Assembly: GCA_000165425.1 (NCBI GenBank)
Contig: CT868677.1
Span: 248,001 to 312,000 of the forward strand
Source of the DNA: Paramecium tetraurelia
Lineage: Eukaryota
DNA: 64,000 bases
Direction of reading: 5' to 3'
Shown: positions 62,999 to 64,000 of the stretch, in pieces
Layout: each line of letters starts with the position of its first letter
Numbering within the stretch: the first letter of the stretch is position 1
Program-made: the position numbers and the translations under genes
The notes under the pieces: generated by a model
Told to the model about the DNA's origin: nothing
Databases searched by the model: none
What the model saw: only the letters and a program-made list of their open reading frames with translations

Positions 62999-64000
62999 AT
63001 GGAACAACAGCAAAAATAAAATATATAAATTATATAAACTTTTATATAATCTCCTGACATGATACTAATAAGTCTTTTATTATTAAATATCAGGATGATG
63101 AACTGTTTTGAAATTATTACAATGAATCCAGCTAATCAATATCAAAGGAAATTAGTTTAATTAACAGAGAATAAGTATAATACTGATAGTTGTTTGTCCT
63201 ATGGATTGTGGTCAAAGTATAATCCTCTTAGTACAATAGCTTAGATAGGAATGTATGGATTACTCGATAATCACTGCTTTCATTTGCATAATGCAATTGA
63301 TTAGTATTCGTAAAGTTTAAATCTAATTTATTATGATTGTTTAGACTCGGTTTCAAGGAAAATACAAAAAACAATCTTATTTATTAATAATATGGATGAA
63401 CAGAATAGATTTACATTAGAAATTGATTCATTTGACTATGAAAACACTTGGTATTACTTACAACTAATAGTATAACCATCATAAGATATATTTAAATTAA
63501 TATTCATTAAAAGATAGGTTGTTTAATTTGAAGCAATTAATTAAATGAAATACCCCTTTAAAGATGAAAACTTAATATTATCATTTGGAGGTAATTTTAT
63601 AGTACGTAATTCAAAGATCCTTGATGTAAAAGATGGTGAAATATTCTCATATTTTCCAGGTACTATTATTTTGCAAGACTTTTCAATTTAAAGCTTAGCA
63701 ATTGATTTTGATTTTATCAATATTGCAAATCAAGCATACGAATAATTTGAGTAATGTGTTTGCTAGTCAAATAAGATATTCTTGATTGGAGATAAGAACC
63801 TTAAAGAATAAGATTAGGATATCTATATTTCAGATAATATCAATTGTGATTCATTTATACTTGTAGGATGGATTAAAATTAAAGAAATTATAAATCCATC
63901 TGGACTACTCAGTTATTAGCTAATAAAAGTCTCAACAAATTTATAGAATCCCATATTTCAGAATTAAAATTTATCTCCCTTCTAACTACTCTATCATATA
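62999..64000 (+). CDS. 5' part of a large secreted/surface protein with ConA/LamG-like N-terminal domains (runs off the window)
   Basis: Open code-6 frame to the window end. Signal-like MILISLLLLNIRMMNC at 63059 (alternative start), YGLWSKYNPL, YENTWYYL, SYFPG, FILVGWIKI. Confidence 0.75.

Noticed and set aside
1..64000. Retained IESs, transposons, rRNA or CRISPR arrays
   Set aside because: No TA-bounded insertion was needed to explain any gene model, and no transposase, terminal repeats, rRNA or repeat-spacer array was seen.

Overview
AT-rich, gene-dense ciliate macronuclear DNA, almost certainly Paramecium. TAA/TAG read as Gln and TGA is the only stop (genetic code 6), introns are tiny (about 22-31 nt, GT..AG), intergenic gaps can be only 1-60 nt, and a trichocyst matrix protein gene is present. 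The supplied ORF track treats TAA/TAG as stops, so it fragments real genes and lists many shadow ORFs. I re-translated by hand in code 6, so coordinates of multi-intron genes are manual models. The window holds about 31 protein genes, including NEK kinase, mini surface antigen, TMP, XRN1, a Chorein-N/VPS13-like gene, COQ8/ABC1, CEP164-like, a 10x LamG/ConA-like protein, C2H2, Rab8, tandem cytochrome b5, DcpS, beta-carbonic anhydrase, ULK-like kinase, PH-OSBP, CTD small phosphatase and MORN. It also holds one tRNA-Phe(GAA), an eIF5 pseudogene and other gene relics. Most notable are an intronless permuted papain-like (LRAT/PPPDE-type) domain fused to a Gly-zipper membrane tail, a candidate divergent ATG13 with an AIM/LIR motif, a CBM20 laforin-like pseudophosphatase, a miniature VPS13, an ENaC/PAC-like two-TM protein, and single-base frameshifts in five otherwise intact genes (most likely assembly errors).
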